64,000 nt of DNA from Candidatus Latescibacterota bacterium (GTDB lineage Bacteria; Latescibacterota; UBA2968; GCA-2709665), in contig OZ252100.1 in the NCBI GenBank assembly GCA_965248435.1, positions 1,760,001 to 1,824,000 of the forward strand, given 5' to 3'. The first letter of the stretch is position 1; the number at the start of each line of letters is the position of its first letter. The translations under genes and the position numbers were made by a program. Positions 11,078 to 20,359 of this stretch are shown here, piece after piece. Below the pieces are notes generated by a model. The model did no database searches. It was not told the DNA's origin and saw only the letters and a program-made list of their open reading frames with translations.

Positions 11078-12345
11078 GCAACTCGACGGACATCCTCTAC
11101 GTCATTCCCCGTCCTGAGATTGGGGGCGCTGAACGTCTTCTCCTCACGCTCCTAAGGGGCCTGGATCGATCCCGATTCAGTCCCCACCTGATATGCCTCG
11201 ATGGATCGGGGAGCCTCCTCTCCGATTTCGAAGAGGTGACAGAAAGTGTCCATATCCTGCAACGCAGCCGGCCTGTGGACCCAAAGACACTTGGGGCCCT
11301 GGTGCGCCTTATGCGAGAGATTCGACCTGCGCTGGTTCACACCTATCTCTACATCGCAAACCTGTATGGCGGGTGGGGTGCACGTTTGGCCGGTGTACCC
11401 AAACTTGTTGTCTCTCAGTTCGGGCTCGGCATCGATCCGCAGCGTGGACGACTTAGATCATTACGAATGCGGGCACTCAACCTATTTATCGGACAGTTCT
11501 CAGATCGTCTCCTTGTCAACGCCGAAACGGTGGCCAGGCACATGTGGTTAGCCGGCTACCGTCCGGAGGACACCCGGGTCGTTTACAATGGTGTCGACGT
11601 TTCAAAACGTGCTTCGGAATCAAGGCGTGACGTCGTGCGTCGCGAACTGAACGTTCGGGACGATGAAATCCTCCTGGGTACGCTTTCGCGAATAGATCCC
11701 AAGAAAGATCTCGGCACCATGCTTCGAGCCGTCGCGCTGGCGGCCAGAACTTGCCCCAATATCCGACTCTTGATCTTGGCTGGCGGATTTTCGGAGTACT
11801 TGAGAGAACTCCGCGATCTTGCTCAGAAACTGGGGATTTCGGAGAAGGTCCACTTTCTCGACTTTCACCCTGATCCACTCACGATTCTCTCGACCTGCCA
11901 CATCTCTCTTCTGTCCTCCGTTACGGAAGGCCTTCCCAACGCTATACTCGAATCGATGCTTCTGAGCAAGCCTGTCGTGTCGACGAATGTCGGTGGAATT
12001 CCCGAGATCATAGAAAACGGTGTTGACGGCTGGCTCGTCCCTCCCAGAAATCCTGATCTCCTTGCCAAACGCATTGTGGATTTGATTCATAATCCTGGCC
12101 GTGCAATTCAAATGGGCGCAGCAGGAAGGAGAAAGGCGATGCGACATTTTACCGCCGACGCAATGATTCGGAATACCCAATCCGTCTATGAGGAGCTTCT
12201 CTTTCCTCCCTCTTCACGCTCAGGGACCACACCAACTCCGTCCGACCTTGTGTCCCTGGATACACCTCTCTTTACCGCGGCAAAATCGCCTGCAGCAAAC
12301 CGGAAAGTGCTTGAATCTTCGGATTCGGCAGTCATGGTCACCTGA
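11074..12345 (+). CDS. GT4 glycosyltransferase
   Basis: GGAER, YNGVD, 'EGLPNAILESM', 'VGGIPEII' (GT-B fold). Confidence 0.9.
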   Translation: MSNSTDILYVIPRPEIGGAERLLLTLLRGLDRSRFSPHLICLDGSGSLLSDFEEVTESVHILQRSRPVDPKTLGALVRLMREIRPALVHTYLYIANLYGGWGARLAGVPKLVVSQFGLGIDPQRGRLRSLRMRALNLFIGQFSDRLLVNAETVARHMWLAGYRPEDTRVVYNGVDVSKRASESRRDVVRRELNVRDDEILLGTLSRIDPKKDLGTMLRAVALAARTCPNIRLLILAGGFSEYLRELRDLAQKLGISEKVHFLDFHPDPLTILSTCHISLLSSVTEGLPNAILESMLLSKPVVSTNVGGIPEIIENGVDGWLVPPRNPDLLAKRIVDLIHNPGRAIQMGAAGRRKAMRHFTADAMIRNTQSVYEELLFPPSSRSGTTPTPSDLVSLDTPLFTAAKSPAANRKVLESSDSAVMVT

Positions 12346-12351
12346 GTCCAA

Positions 12352-13311
12352 ATGTCTGACCGTCCTATCAGTGTGCTTGTTGTCACTAGCATTTATCCGA
12401 CGAAGGAAGATCCTGGCCTCGGTGCTTTTGTCTCTTCCCAGATAGAATCACTAAGGAAGGCCGGACTGAAAGTCGATATCCTCTTTCTTGATGCACGCCG
12501 CTCCAAGTGGGAGCTTCTGAAGGGTATTTCACGAATTCGCAGGCTTACCGCTTCAGGCGACTATGACCTGATTCACGCTCATTTCGGTTACAACGGAATC
12601 CCCGCCTGCTTTGAACGCAGACTGCCGCTCGTCATTTCATTTTGCGGGACCGATCTCACGCATCCTCGCTTCCGTCCAATCTCGCAATGGGTCGCCCGTC
12701 GAGCCGACGCCGCCATCGTAAAGTCCGAAGGGTTACATCGTTTGCTCGGATGTTCAGCTTCGGTCATCCCCAACGGTGTGGAGCTGGCTCGGTTCCGTCC
12801 CACACGAAAGGAGGAGGCAAGGCGGATTCTGGGTCTGCGTGAGGATGTCCGATATGTTCTCTTTGTAGGAAATCCTAAGCGTCCGGAGAAGCGGTACGAT
12901 CTTGCTCAGGGGGTTGTAGCACGAGCCCGACGATCGGGCATCCCGTTCGAGCTCCTTGTGTTGAACAAACAGCCTCACCAGGAAGTGCCCAACTTTCTCA
13001 ACGCCGCCGACGTCTTGCTCATCACATCCAGCTATGAGGGTTCGCCCAACATCGTCAAAGAAGCGATGGCATGCAATCTTCCCATCGTAAGCACGGACGT
13101 CGGAGACGTTCGAAAGATATTGGCGAACACTCGGGATTGTATGGTGGACGATGCTATCCCAGAATCACTCGCGAATGGTCTCGTCTCCGTGACCCGAAAT
13201 GGGACACGGTCGAACGGGCGTTCCCACATCACGCATCTCTCTTCTGATGCGATCGCATCGCAAGTAATTGGCGTCTACCGCCGAGTACTTGAAGCAAGAG
13301 GCCGCGCATGA
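12352..13311 (+). CDS. GT4 glycosyltransferase
   Basis: IPNGV, 'EGSPNIVKEAMACNLPIVSTDVGDV'. Confidence 0.9.
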   Translation: MSDRPISVLVVTSIYPTKEDPGLGAFVSSQIESLRKAGLKVDILFLDARRSKWELLKGISRIRRLTASGDYDLIHAHFGYNGIPACFERRLPLVISFCGTDLTHPRFRPISQWVARRADAAIVKSEGLHRLLGCSASVIPNGVELARFRPTRKEEARRILGLREDVRYVLFVGNPKRPEKRYDLAQGVVARARRSGIPFELLVLNKQPHQEVPNFLNAADVLLITSSYEGSPNIVKEAMACNLPIVSTDVGDVRKILANTRDCMVDDAIPESLANGLVSVTRNGTRSNGRSHITHLSSDAIASQVIGVYRRVLEARGRA

Positions 13312-14489
13312 GACTCGCGATGGTCGCACACACCTATTATCCACACGACGTTCGGGTGCGCCGTGAATGTGATGCCCTAGGCGACAGAGGAGATCGCGTA
13401 GACCTGATTTGTTTGAGAGATCAGGGAGAGCAGTCTTCTGAACGGATCGGCAACGTCACGGTTCACCGGCTCCCAATCCAACACGCCAGAGGTCAGGGAC
13501 AGGCCGCTTACATCCGAGAATACCTCGGTTTCTTTCTGCGCTCGTTCGCCCTCCTAACCCGGCTGTTCATCAGACATCGATATCCGATCGTGCAGGTTCA
13601 CAACCTCCCCGATTTCCTTGTCTTCGTCACCCTGATCCCAAAAATCCTTGGGGCCCGCGTGCTCCTGGACATGCACGACGTCACACCTGAGCTTTTTCAA
13701 TCGCTCTACGGAACATCGCAGTCAAGCCTCAAATTCGGCCTTCTCCGATTTGTAGAGCAAGTGAGCCTTGCATATGCCGACGCTGTCCTGACAGTAAATC
13801 GAAATATCCGCGACCTCTTTCTTGCGCGAAATCCCATAGCCCACAAGATAGAGGTCGTCATGAACGCCCCGGATCCCAGGTACTTTGATTCCTGTGGGTC
13901 CGGGGCGTCCTCCCCAAACGGTCACTTCAGACTCATTCACCACGGTCAGATCATTCGAAGGTATGACTTCGAAGTCGCCCTGGAAGCAGTCAGCATCGCC
14001 AGAGACAGAATTCCAGATCTTCGATTGGACATTTACGGGGACGGTGAAGCTTCCTATATCCGCGAACTTCTCGGGATCGTGGATTCAAGCGGCCTGAGCC
14101 GGTGCGTCAGGTTTCACAAACGCGTTCCCCTCGAGCAGGTCCCGGGGTTGATTCGGAGCGCCGATATCGGAATTGTGCCGTGTAAGCGTGATGTATTCGT
14201 AGATCAGGTCATGCTCCCTGTGCGCCTCCTCGAATACGTTGCCAGCGGTCTCCCGGCCGTGGTCTCCAGGGTTGGGACCGTCGAAGCATATTTCGACGAC
14301 GAGGAAGTTGCCTACTACCCACCCAGCGATCCCGATGCACTCGCCAACCGTATCGTCGAGCTCTACTCCGACCCACAGCGCCGGCTGGATATGGCCACAC
14401 GAGCCAAAAATACCTTCCGTATTTACGAATGGCCTCGTATGAAACTACGCTATTACAACGTCATCGATTCACTCGCGAAAATCAGGTGA
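13308..14489 (+). CDS. GT4 glycosyltransferase
   Basis: 'DVRVRRE', 'HNLPDFLV', 'PVRLLEYVASGLP'. ATGA overlap. Confidence 0.88.
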   Translation: MRLAMVAHTYYPHDVRVRRECDALGDRGDRVDLICLRDQGEQSSERIGNVTVHRLPIQHARGQGQAAYIREYLGFFLRSFALLTRLFIRHRYPIVQVHNLPDFLVFVTLIPKILGARVLLDMHDVTPELFQSLYGTSQSSLKFGLLRFVEQVSLAYADAVLTVNRNIRDLFLARNPIAHKIEVVMNAPDPRYFDSCGSGASSPNGHFRLIHHGQIIRRYDFEVALEAVSIARDRIPDLRLDIYGDGEASYIRELLGIVDSSGLSRCVRFHKRVPLEQVPGLIRSADIGIVPCKRDVFVDQVMLPVRLLEYVASGLPAVVSRVGTVEAYFDDEEVAYYPPSDPDALANRIVELYSDPQRRLDMATRAKNTFRIYEWPRMKLRYYNVIDSLAKIR

Positions 14490-14496
14490 GGAAGCC

Positions 14497-16134
14497 GTGG
14501 TTCTGCCTCAGAGGAAAACACTGCCGCTCGTTCTCTTGTTGGGGTTCGCTGCATTCATTTATATGAGTGCACTTACTCAGGGCGAGCGTCTCTTCGACAA
14601 TGACTACGACTGGATCTCCCAAGCACAGAGCGACTGGTCTGAGATCCTACAGGACATCTTCAGGCCGATGCCGCGAGACTGGGGATTTCAGAACCGGCCC
14701 CTGCAAGTTCTCTGCTTCAAAATGATCTACACGTTCTTTGGATACGACCCCGGACCCTACTATGCCTTCAAATGCTTCCTGTTCGCCCTCGTGACGTGTG
14801 GGATCTGTGTCTTTTGCCTCGGGCTGGGGTTCGGGCGTGCCGTCGGCTTTACTTCGGCAGCGATCTTTGCACTGTCGAGCCCGGTATTCTCCAGCACACT
14901 CTGGGTCTCAGACTTTGAGCTCCTTGCTCAGCTCTTCATTCTGTCTGCCTTCAGTTGCTTCCTCTTCTTGGAGAATCATCGTTGCTTCGAAGAAAACCGA
15001 GTGAAGTTCTACCTCCTTCAGGGTTTCACTTTGCTCTTTGCCATCTTAGGACACGCCGCCAAGGGGAGTGCGAAAATCGTTCCATTTGTCGTGTTGGGTT
15101 TCCTTTTGGTCTACAATCGACGACACGTAAAACGTCACCTTCTGCTTGTTATCCTGATTCTACTGACGATCGTTCCCCTCGTTCAACTCCTCGATGATCC
15201 AATTCCCCCTTTCGCCCCGTTCTCCGAGGATCAGTCAAACGGTTGGATGTGGAGACCGGCAAATTTGACTACCCTCCACATCCTCATTTTTGGAGACGTC
15301 AACATCCTCAGCGGAAGTGATGATTTTGCCTACAGTCTTTTGGGCGCCTTCTCCCCTGTCCTCTTGTGGAGTCTGGTCGTGGCGGCAGCCTTCCTCTTCT
15401 ACATACGTCGTTGGCCCTCAGCGCAAAGCACCCAGATTAGGCGTAGCATTGTTTTCTGCTCGATTTGGCTGGCCGTTGTCATCGTCTCTCTTTCCGCATT
15501 CCCCAGACTGCCATACGAATTCATGTCCCGATATGTCACCGTCGTCCTCGTTCCAGCCAGCGTGCTCACAGCGATCATTCTCGTTCACGCTGTAGCACTC
15601 ACGCCTGAACGCGTAAGGCGATATGCCGGCGGACTGCTCTTGCTCGTAATTCTAGGACATAGCATCATCAACTTCGGCCACGTCCGGCATACGCGCGAGT
15701 ATCTCGGTCAGATCATGATCTCCTATGACCGGGCACGAACGTCCATTTCAGAGACCATACAGAATGCGACAGTCTTCCTCCTCGACTATACGTTCAGCTA
15801 CAACCGTCCACTGGGGGATGGAAATCTCTACGTCAAAAATCGTGGGTGGCCGCACGAGGCAGACCTTTCGCGTCCGCTATACGTGCTGGCCCATCACGAT
15901 GGCGACATTGAAAACATCGACTACGACCCGGTCGTGAAAAAGATCTCGAAGCCCCTTCAGCTGCTGTCCAACAACGGATCCCAGGTCCGAATCGGCATTC
16001 GTCCGATCCGGGTCTTCCACAGTTTGACGGATGGGTTCTACGATCGTTGGATCTATGGCAGGTCGGAATCGATCATGTCTGTTCTCTTTCACGTCGTCCT
16101 CGAACCTCACGACCCCCAAAAGGCGCTAAAATGA
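14497..16134 (+). CDS. Polytopic membrane protein, probable GT-C glycosyltransferase
   Basis: Acidic first loop 'FDNDYDW' followed by 'NRPLQ'; about 11 hydrophobic segments and a soluble C-terminal tail. Confidence 0.55.
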   Translation: MVLPQRKTLPLVLLLGFAAFIYMSALTQGERLFDNDYDWISQAQSDWSEILQDIFRPMPRDWGFQNRPLQVLCFKMIYTFFGYDPGPYYAFKCFLFALVTCGICVFCLGLGFGRAVGFTSAAIFALSSPVFSSTLWVSDFELLAQLFILSAFSCFLFLENHRCFEENRVKFYLLQGFTLLFAILGHAAKGSAKIVPFVVLGFLLVYNRRHVKRHLLLVILILLTIVPLVQLLDDPIPPFAPFSEDQSNGWMWRPANLTTLHILIFGDVNILSGSDDFAYSLLGAFSPVLLWSLVVAAAFLFYIRRWPSAQSTQIRRSIVFCSIWLAVVIVSLSAFPRLPYEFMSRYVTVVLVPASVLTAIILVHAVALTPERVRRYAGGLLLLVILGHSIINFGHVRHTREYLGQIMISYDRARTSISETIQNATVFLLDYTFSYNRPLGDGNLYVKNRGWPHEADLSRPLYVLAHHDGDIENIDYDPVVKKISKPLQLLSNNGSQVRIGIRPIRVFHSLTDGFYDRWIYGRSESIMSVLFHVVLEPHDPQKALK

Positions 16135-17837
16135 ACGTTCTCGGTATCCACGACGGCAAAGACGCCGGGGTATGTCTTCTGGTTGATGGGCGTCCCGTCT
16201 ACGCGGCGAATGAAGAACGATTCTCGCGAAAGAAGCTCCACTTTGGGTTCCCGTTTCTTTCCCTTCGCGATTTGATGGAGACCACGGGCGTCCGACCTCG
16301 GGAAATCGACCGAGTCAGCATCGGGTTCGAGGCCATGGTCGAGACAGAGGACTATCCCATCTATCGCGACATCGATGACGCCACACTCATTCAAAAGATC
16401 TTTGCAGGCACCGCGAGGCTTCTCGGTCCCGTGACCGCATCGAGGGCGTTCGTAGATGCCTCCAAACAGGTGCTCGCCTTTCTTAGCAGCAACAAGCAGG
16501 TCCTTCAAAAGTCCCTCAGGGAGTTCGGTATCGCGGCCCCGATCGAGTTTGTTGATCACCATCGAAGTCACGCCGCGTCGGCCTACTATACCTCCGGCTT
16601 TGGAGACGCCCTCATCGTCACGGCAGACGGAGGCGGCGACGGCCTCGCAGGAAGCATCTATACGGGGCGCGACGGAAAGCTGAATGCGCTCTCGGAATGG
16701 CCGCGCGTCCACTCCCCCGGGAATTTTTGGTTCCTGATTACCTATATCTGTGGTTTCAATCCGATCAAGCACGGCGGGAAGATCACTGGCTTGGCTGCAT
16801 ACACCGTGAGCGAAGAGGCTCACAGGGTCCTTTCCGAATTCTACGGCTACGATCCAGTCAACCTTTGCTTCGTCAACAAGAAGCATCTCCTGTTCAGGGA
16901 TGCCCACGTCGCGCTCCGGAATGCACTGGAAGGGTTTACGATCGAAGAAATCGCCTACGGTGCCCAGAAAGTCCTTGAAGACACAATGTTAGGCGTGATG
17001 CGGGCGGCGGTCGCGCGCACAGGGCTCTGCCGTGTTGCGCTGGCGGGTGGCACCTTCGCCAACGTTCGCTTGAATCAGAAAATCCTGGAATTGGACGGTG
17101 TCGAAGAGATCTTTGTCCATCCGCACATGGGTGACGGGGGTGTCGCTTTAGGCTCTGCGCTCAACGTGACCTCACGCATTACCGGCCTGCGACCTTATGC
17201 TATCGGGGATGTCTACTGGGGAAATGCTGCGCCGAATCGAACCATCCAGAAAACCCTAGAGAGTAGTCCTGTGGCTGTAAGGGAGCTACGCGACCCCGCG
17301 GATGAGATCGCCGATGCGCTCGCCCAAAAGAGAGTGGTAGGTCTTTTCAACGGCCGTATGGAATTTGGACCACGAGCCCTCGGCCATCGGTCCATTCTTG
17401 CGGAACCGACGGATCCCACGATGATGGACTGGCTCAACAAGCGGCTCGAGCGGACGGAGTTCATGCCCTTTGCCCCCATCATCATGGAGGAGGATGCACC
17501 GCTCTACTTCAAGAATCTCGATCCGGGGCGTTTAGCCGCGCGTTTTATGACGGTCTGCTTCGACGTAACAGATCACGGAAAGAAGATGGCACCAGGCATC
17601 GTCCACAAAGACGGCACAGCGAGACCGCAGATCGTCAATGCGGCACATAATCGCTATGTATACGATGCCTTGAAAAAGCACAAGCAGAAGACCGGACTGT
17701 CACTGGCAATCAACACGAGCTTCAACAAACACGAAGAGCCGATCGTCTGTCACCCCAGGGATGCGGTGCAGGAACTTCTTCGAGGGGGCGTAGATGTGCT
17801 ATTTATCGAAGATTACAAAGTGGAGAGGCAGACGTAA
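16131..17837 (+). CDS. Carbamoyltransferase (NodU/CmcH family), copy 2
   Basis: MNVLGIHDGKDAG, EERFSRKK, DHHRSH, DGGGD, EFGPRALGHRSIL, DGTARPQ, NTSFNKHEEPIV. ATG at 16131 overlaps the previous stop. Confidence 0.93.
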   Translation: MNVLGIHDGKDAGVCLLVDGRPVYAANEERFSRKKLHFGFPFLSLRDLMETTGVRPREIDRVSIGFEAMVETEDYPIYRDIDDATLIQKIFAGTARLLGPVTASRAFVDASKQVLAFLSSNKQVLQKSLREFGIAAPIEFVDHHRSHAASAYYTSGFGDALIVTADGGGDGLAGSIYTGRDGKLNALSEWPRVHSPGNFWFLITYICGFNPIKHGGKITGLAAYTVSEEAHRVLSEFYGYDPVNLCFVNKKHLLFRDAHVALRNALEGFTIEEIAYGAQKVLEDTMLGVMRAAVARTGLCRVALAGGTFANVRLNQKILELDGVEEIFVHPHMGDGGVALGSALNVTSRITGLRPYAIGDVYWGNAAPNRTIQKTLESSPVAVRELRDPADEIADALAQKRVVGLFNGRMEFGPRALGHRSILAEPTDPTMMDWLNKRLERTEFMPFAPIIMEEDAPLYFKNLDPGRLAARFMTVCFDVTDHGKKMAPGIVHKDGTARPQIVNAAHNRYVYDALKKHKQKTGLSLAINTSFNKHEEPIVCHPRDAVQELLRGGVDVLFIEDYKVERQT

Positions 17838-17867
17838 GGAGGCGTGTGAGGAGACGAGCGGCTCGGA

Positions 17868-19709
17868 ATGATTCAGACCCGAAAGCACATTCCACAAATC
17901 CTCCTGGTTTCCGCATTCGCCATTGTCGCGTTCAGATGTGCCTGGGTAACAGATGACGCCTACATCACCTTCAGAACGGTTGACAACCTCATTCACGGAT
18001 ATGGACTTACGTGGAACACCGCTGACAGGGTTCAAACCTATACCCATCCCCTGTGGTTGCTTCTTTTTGCTTCCGTCTATTTCTTCACACACGAGGCATT
18101 CTACTCCAGCATATTTCTCTCCCTCTTCGTTTCAATCGCGGGCTTCTCGATATTCGTATTCGGTTTAACCTCCAACTTCAGATCGGCTCTTCTTGGTGCT
18201 CTGCTCCTTACAAGCTCAAAGGCGTTCGTAGATTACTCCACCTCCGGTCTGGAGAACCCGCTTTCCCACCTGATACTCGCCCTCTTTCTCTATTTCTACT
18301 TTAGGCGGTCCAGAAGTCGATCGACCCTCGTGCCCCTCTCGCTCCTCGCTTCTCTGGGAGCGTTAGCCAGGCTCGACCTCCTGCTCGTCTTCTTCCCATG
18401 CCTTGTCCATGCATTCCTGGCATCGCCCAAATGTGATAGAAAACCTGCGCTGATCGCCGGAGTCCTTCCCCTGATGTTCTGGGAGTTTTTCTCGATCGCT
18501 TACTACGGTTTTCTCTTCCCAAATACCGCCTACGCAAAACTGAATACCGGCATTGAGGGCTTCGAGCTTGCCGAGCAGGGCCTCTATTACCTATGGAATT
18601 CGCTTACGATGGACCTCATTACGCTGCCAACGATCGCGGTCGGAATTTCCCTCTCGCTTGCGAATAGGTCGTGGAAACACATCTCAGTCGCAGCAGGTTG
18701 CCTGCTGTATCTTGGGTATGTCGTGACTATCGGCGGCGATTTCATGAGCGGTCGGTTTCTGACTGTGCCCCTCTTCTGCTGCGCGACGCTGATCGCGAGA
18801 AGCGCCTTTTCGGAGCAAAGGCTCTGGATCCCATCGGCAAGTACGGCGCTTCTGGTCGGGCTCTTGTCTCCCTATACGCCTTTACTCAGCGGCGCTGATT
18901 ACGGAACGAAATCCGGAGCGGTGCGCGACAGAGGCATCGAGGACCAACGCGGATTTCTCTACCGGCACGCGGGCCTTCTGAACAGGAACGGGATCGGCGA
19001 ACCGACACATCATTGGGTAAGCGACGGTCTGGAGGCAAAACGTCAAGCGCCGTGTCTGGCAACTGAAGGTGCAGTAGGATATTATGGGTATTATGCAGGA
19101 CCCGAGGTACACGTCCTCGATGTAAATGCCCTAACGGATCCTCTTTTGGCGAGGATGCCTGCCTTTAGTCAGGTGGATTGGCGGATCGGTCACTTCGTGA
19201 GGAAGATCCCACCAGGATACAAAGAAACACTACTTTACGGACAAAATTACATCAGGGACGCAAAACTTGGAGAGTACTTCGATAAGCTGAGACTAATAAC
19301 GCGAGGGGACATCTTCGATGGGGACCGATGGGCTGAAATCTGGAATGTAAACAGCGGGCAGTATGATCATCTGTTGAACTTCGAGGCCTACAGACATCAA
19401 TACATTGGCCATCGGCTTGCAAAGCACGGCAGAAAGAAGGAAGCCTTGCGCATGCTCAAAACTTCAATTTCATCAGACACGACGCGTGCAGACGGCTGGT
19501 ATGTTACTGCAACGATTTGTCTGAAGGCGGGAGAGCTCGATAAAGCCCTTGATGCGCTAACCAGGGCAATCCAACTCGACCCGCTGCAGAACGTTTATCG
19601 GGACCAGCTCATTAATCTCGGCAGGGCCTACTACGCGGAAGGCCGCATCGATACAGCGCTGGCCATATACGACGAATTTCAAAGATTGAAAGCAATGCAG
19701 CCAAGATAG
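17868..19709 (+). CDS. AftB-like GT-C glycosyltransferase with C-terminal TPRs
   Basis: 'DDAYITFR', 'TSGLENPL', 'PNTAYAK', 'GGDFMSGRF', 'RIGHFVR', then TPR-like helices. Confidence 0.7.
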   Translation: MIQTRKHIPQILLVSAFAIVAFRCAWVTDDAYITFRTVDNLIHGYGLTWNTADRVQTYTHPLWLLLFASVYFFTHEAFYSSIFLSLFVSIAGFSIFVFGLTSNFRSALLGALLLTSSKAFVDYSTSGLENPLSHLILALFLYFYFRRSRSRSTLVPLSLLASLGALARLDLLLVFFPCLVHAFLASPKCDRKPALIAGVLPLMFWEFFSIAYYGFLFPNTAYAKLNTGIEGFELAEQGLYYLWNSLTMDLITLPTIAVGISLSLANRSWKHISVAAGCLLYLGYVVTIGGDFMSGRFLTVPLFCCATLIARSAFSEQRLWIPSASTALLVGLLSPYTPLLSGADYGTKSGAVRDRGIEDQRGFLYRHAGLLNRNGIGEPTHHWVSDGLEAKRQAPCLATEGAVGYYGYYAGPEVHVLDVNALTDPLLARMPAFSQVDWRIGHFVRKIPPGYKETLLYGQNYIRDAKLGEYFDKLRLITRGDIFDGDRWAEIWNVNSGQYDHLLNFEAYRHQYIGHRLAKHGRKKEALRMLKTSISSDTTRADGWYVTATICLKAGELDKALDALTRAIQLDPLQNVYRDQLINLGRAYYAEGRIDTALAIYDEFQRLKAMQPR

Positions 19710-19737
19710 TTCACACTCCGATCATTCGAGCTGATAC

Positions 19738-19782
19738 AAAAAGGAGCTGTCCCGGTCCCATGACCAGACGGCTCCTTTTTTT
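19738..19782. terminator. Bidirectional intrinsic terminator
   Basis: AAAAAGGAGCTGTC...GACGGCTCCTTTTTTT hairpin with A/T tails, between convergent genes. Confidence 0.85.
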
Positions 19783-19808
19783 AGTTGAAAGCTGCTTTCA
19801 CTCCAGCC

Positions 19809-20168
19809 CTATTTCCCTAGCAGCCTCTCGATCTCGTCGATCACTTGGCCAACCTCGAACGGCTTTCGGATAAACCCTTTAGCGCCGGCCTCCTTCAAGC
19901 TCTCTTCTCGCTCGTCGTCTACGTTAGCAGACACCACGACTACCGGGATGTTCGCTCCCTTTTTCTGAATGAAGTCAAGGAATTGTTCCCCCGTGATTTC
20001 TGGCATGGACAAATCCAGTAAGATCATGTCCACGCGTTCCTTCGTCAGGAGGGAGACGGCCTCTCGAGCCGACGACGCTGTAAGAGGCGTTAGGCCGTAT
20101 GTGTCGATGATCTCTTCCAACAGTTCTACGACCGCCGGCTCGTCGTCCACAATAAGGATCCGTTTCAT
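19809..20168 (-). CDS. Stand-alone response regulator receiver (CheY-like)
   Basis: ILIVDDE, LLDLSMP (phospho-Asp), VVSA, KPF; no output domain. Confidence 0.9.
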   Translation of the reverse strand: MKRILIVDDEPAVVELLEEIIDTYGLTPLTASSAREAVSLLTKERVDMILLDLSMPEITGEQFLDFIQKKGANIPVVVVSANVDDEREESLKEAGAKGFIRKPFEVGQVIDEIERLLGK

Positions 20169-20284
20169 CTATCGGCCTCGACCTGTTACACAGATTCACA
20201 CTTGTGCCCTGGAAATACAGAGTTCCCCAGGAATGTACGTTTACAAATGCAGCAATAACATAGAGTTGTGTAAACACTCTGTCC

Positions 20285-20300
20285 TGGCACGACGCTTGCA
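20285..20300 (+). promoter_or_regulatory. Sigma-54 (-24/-12) promoter
   Basis: TGGCAC-GACGC-TTGCA, an exact consensus match, 60 bp upstream of the 20360 start. Confidence 0.8.
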
Positions 20301-20359
20301 ATTGTGATCATTCGAAACCTGGATCGGCAATTCCCATCGTTTCATTTGGGCATCGGATC

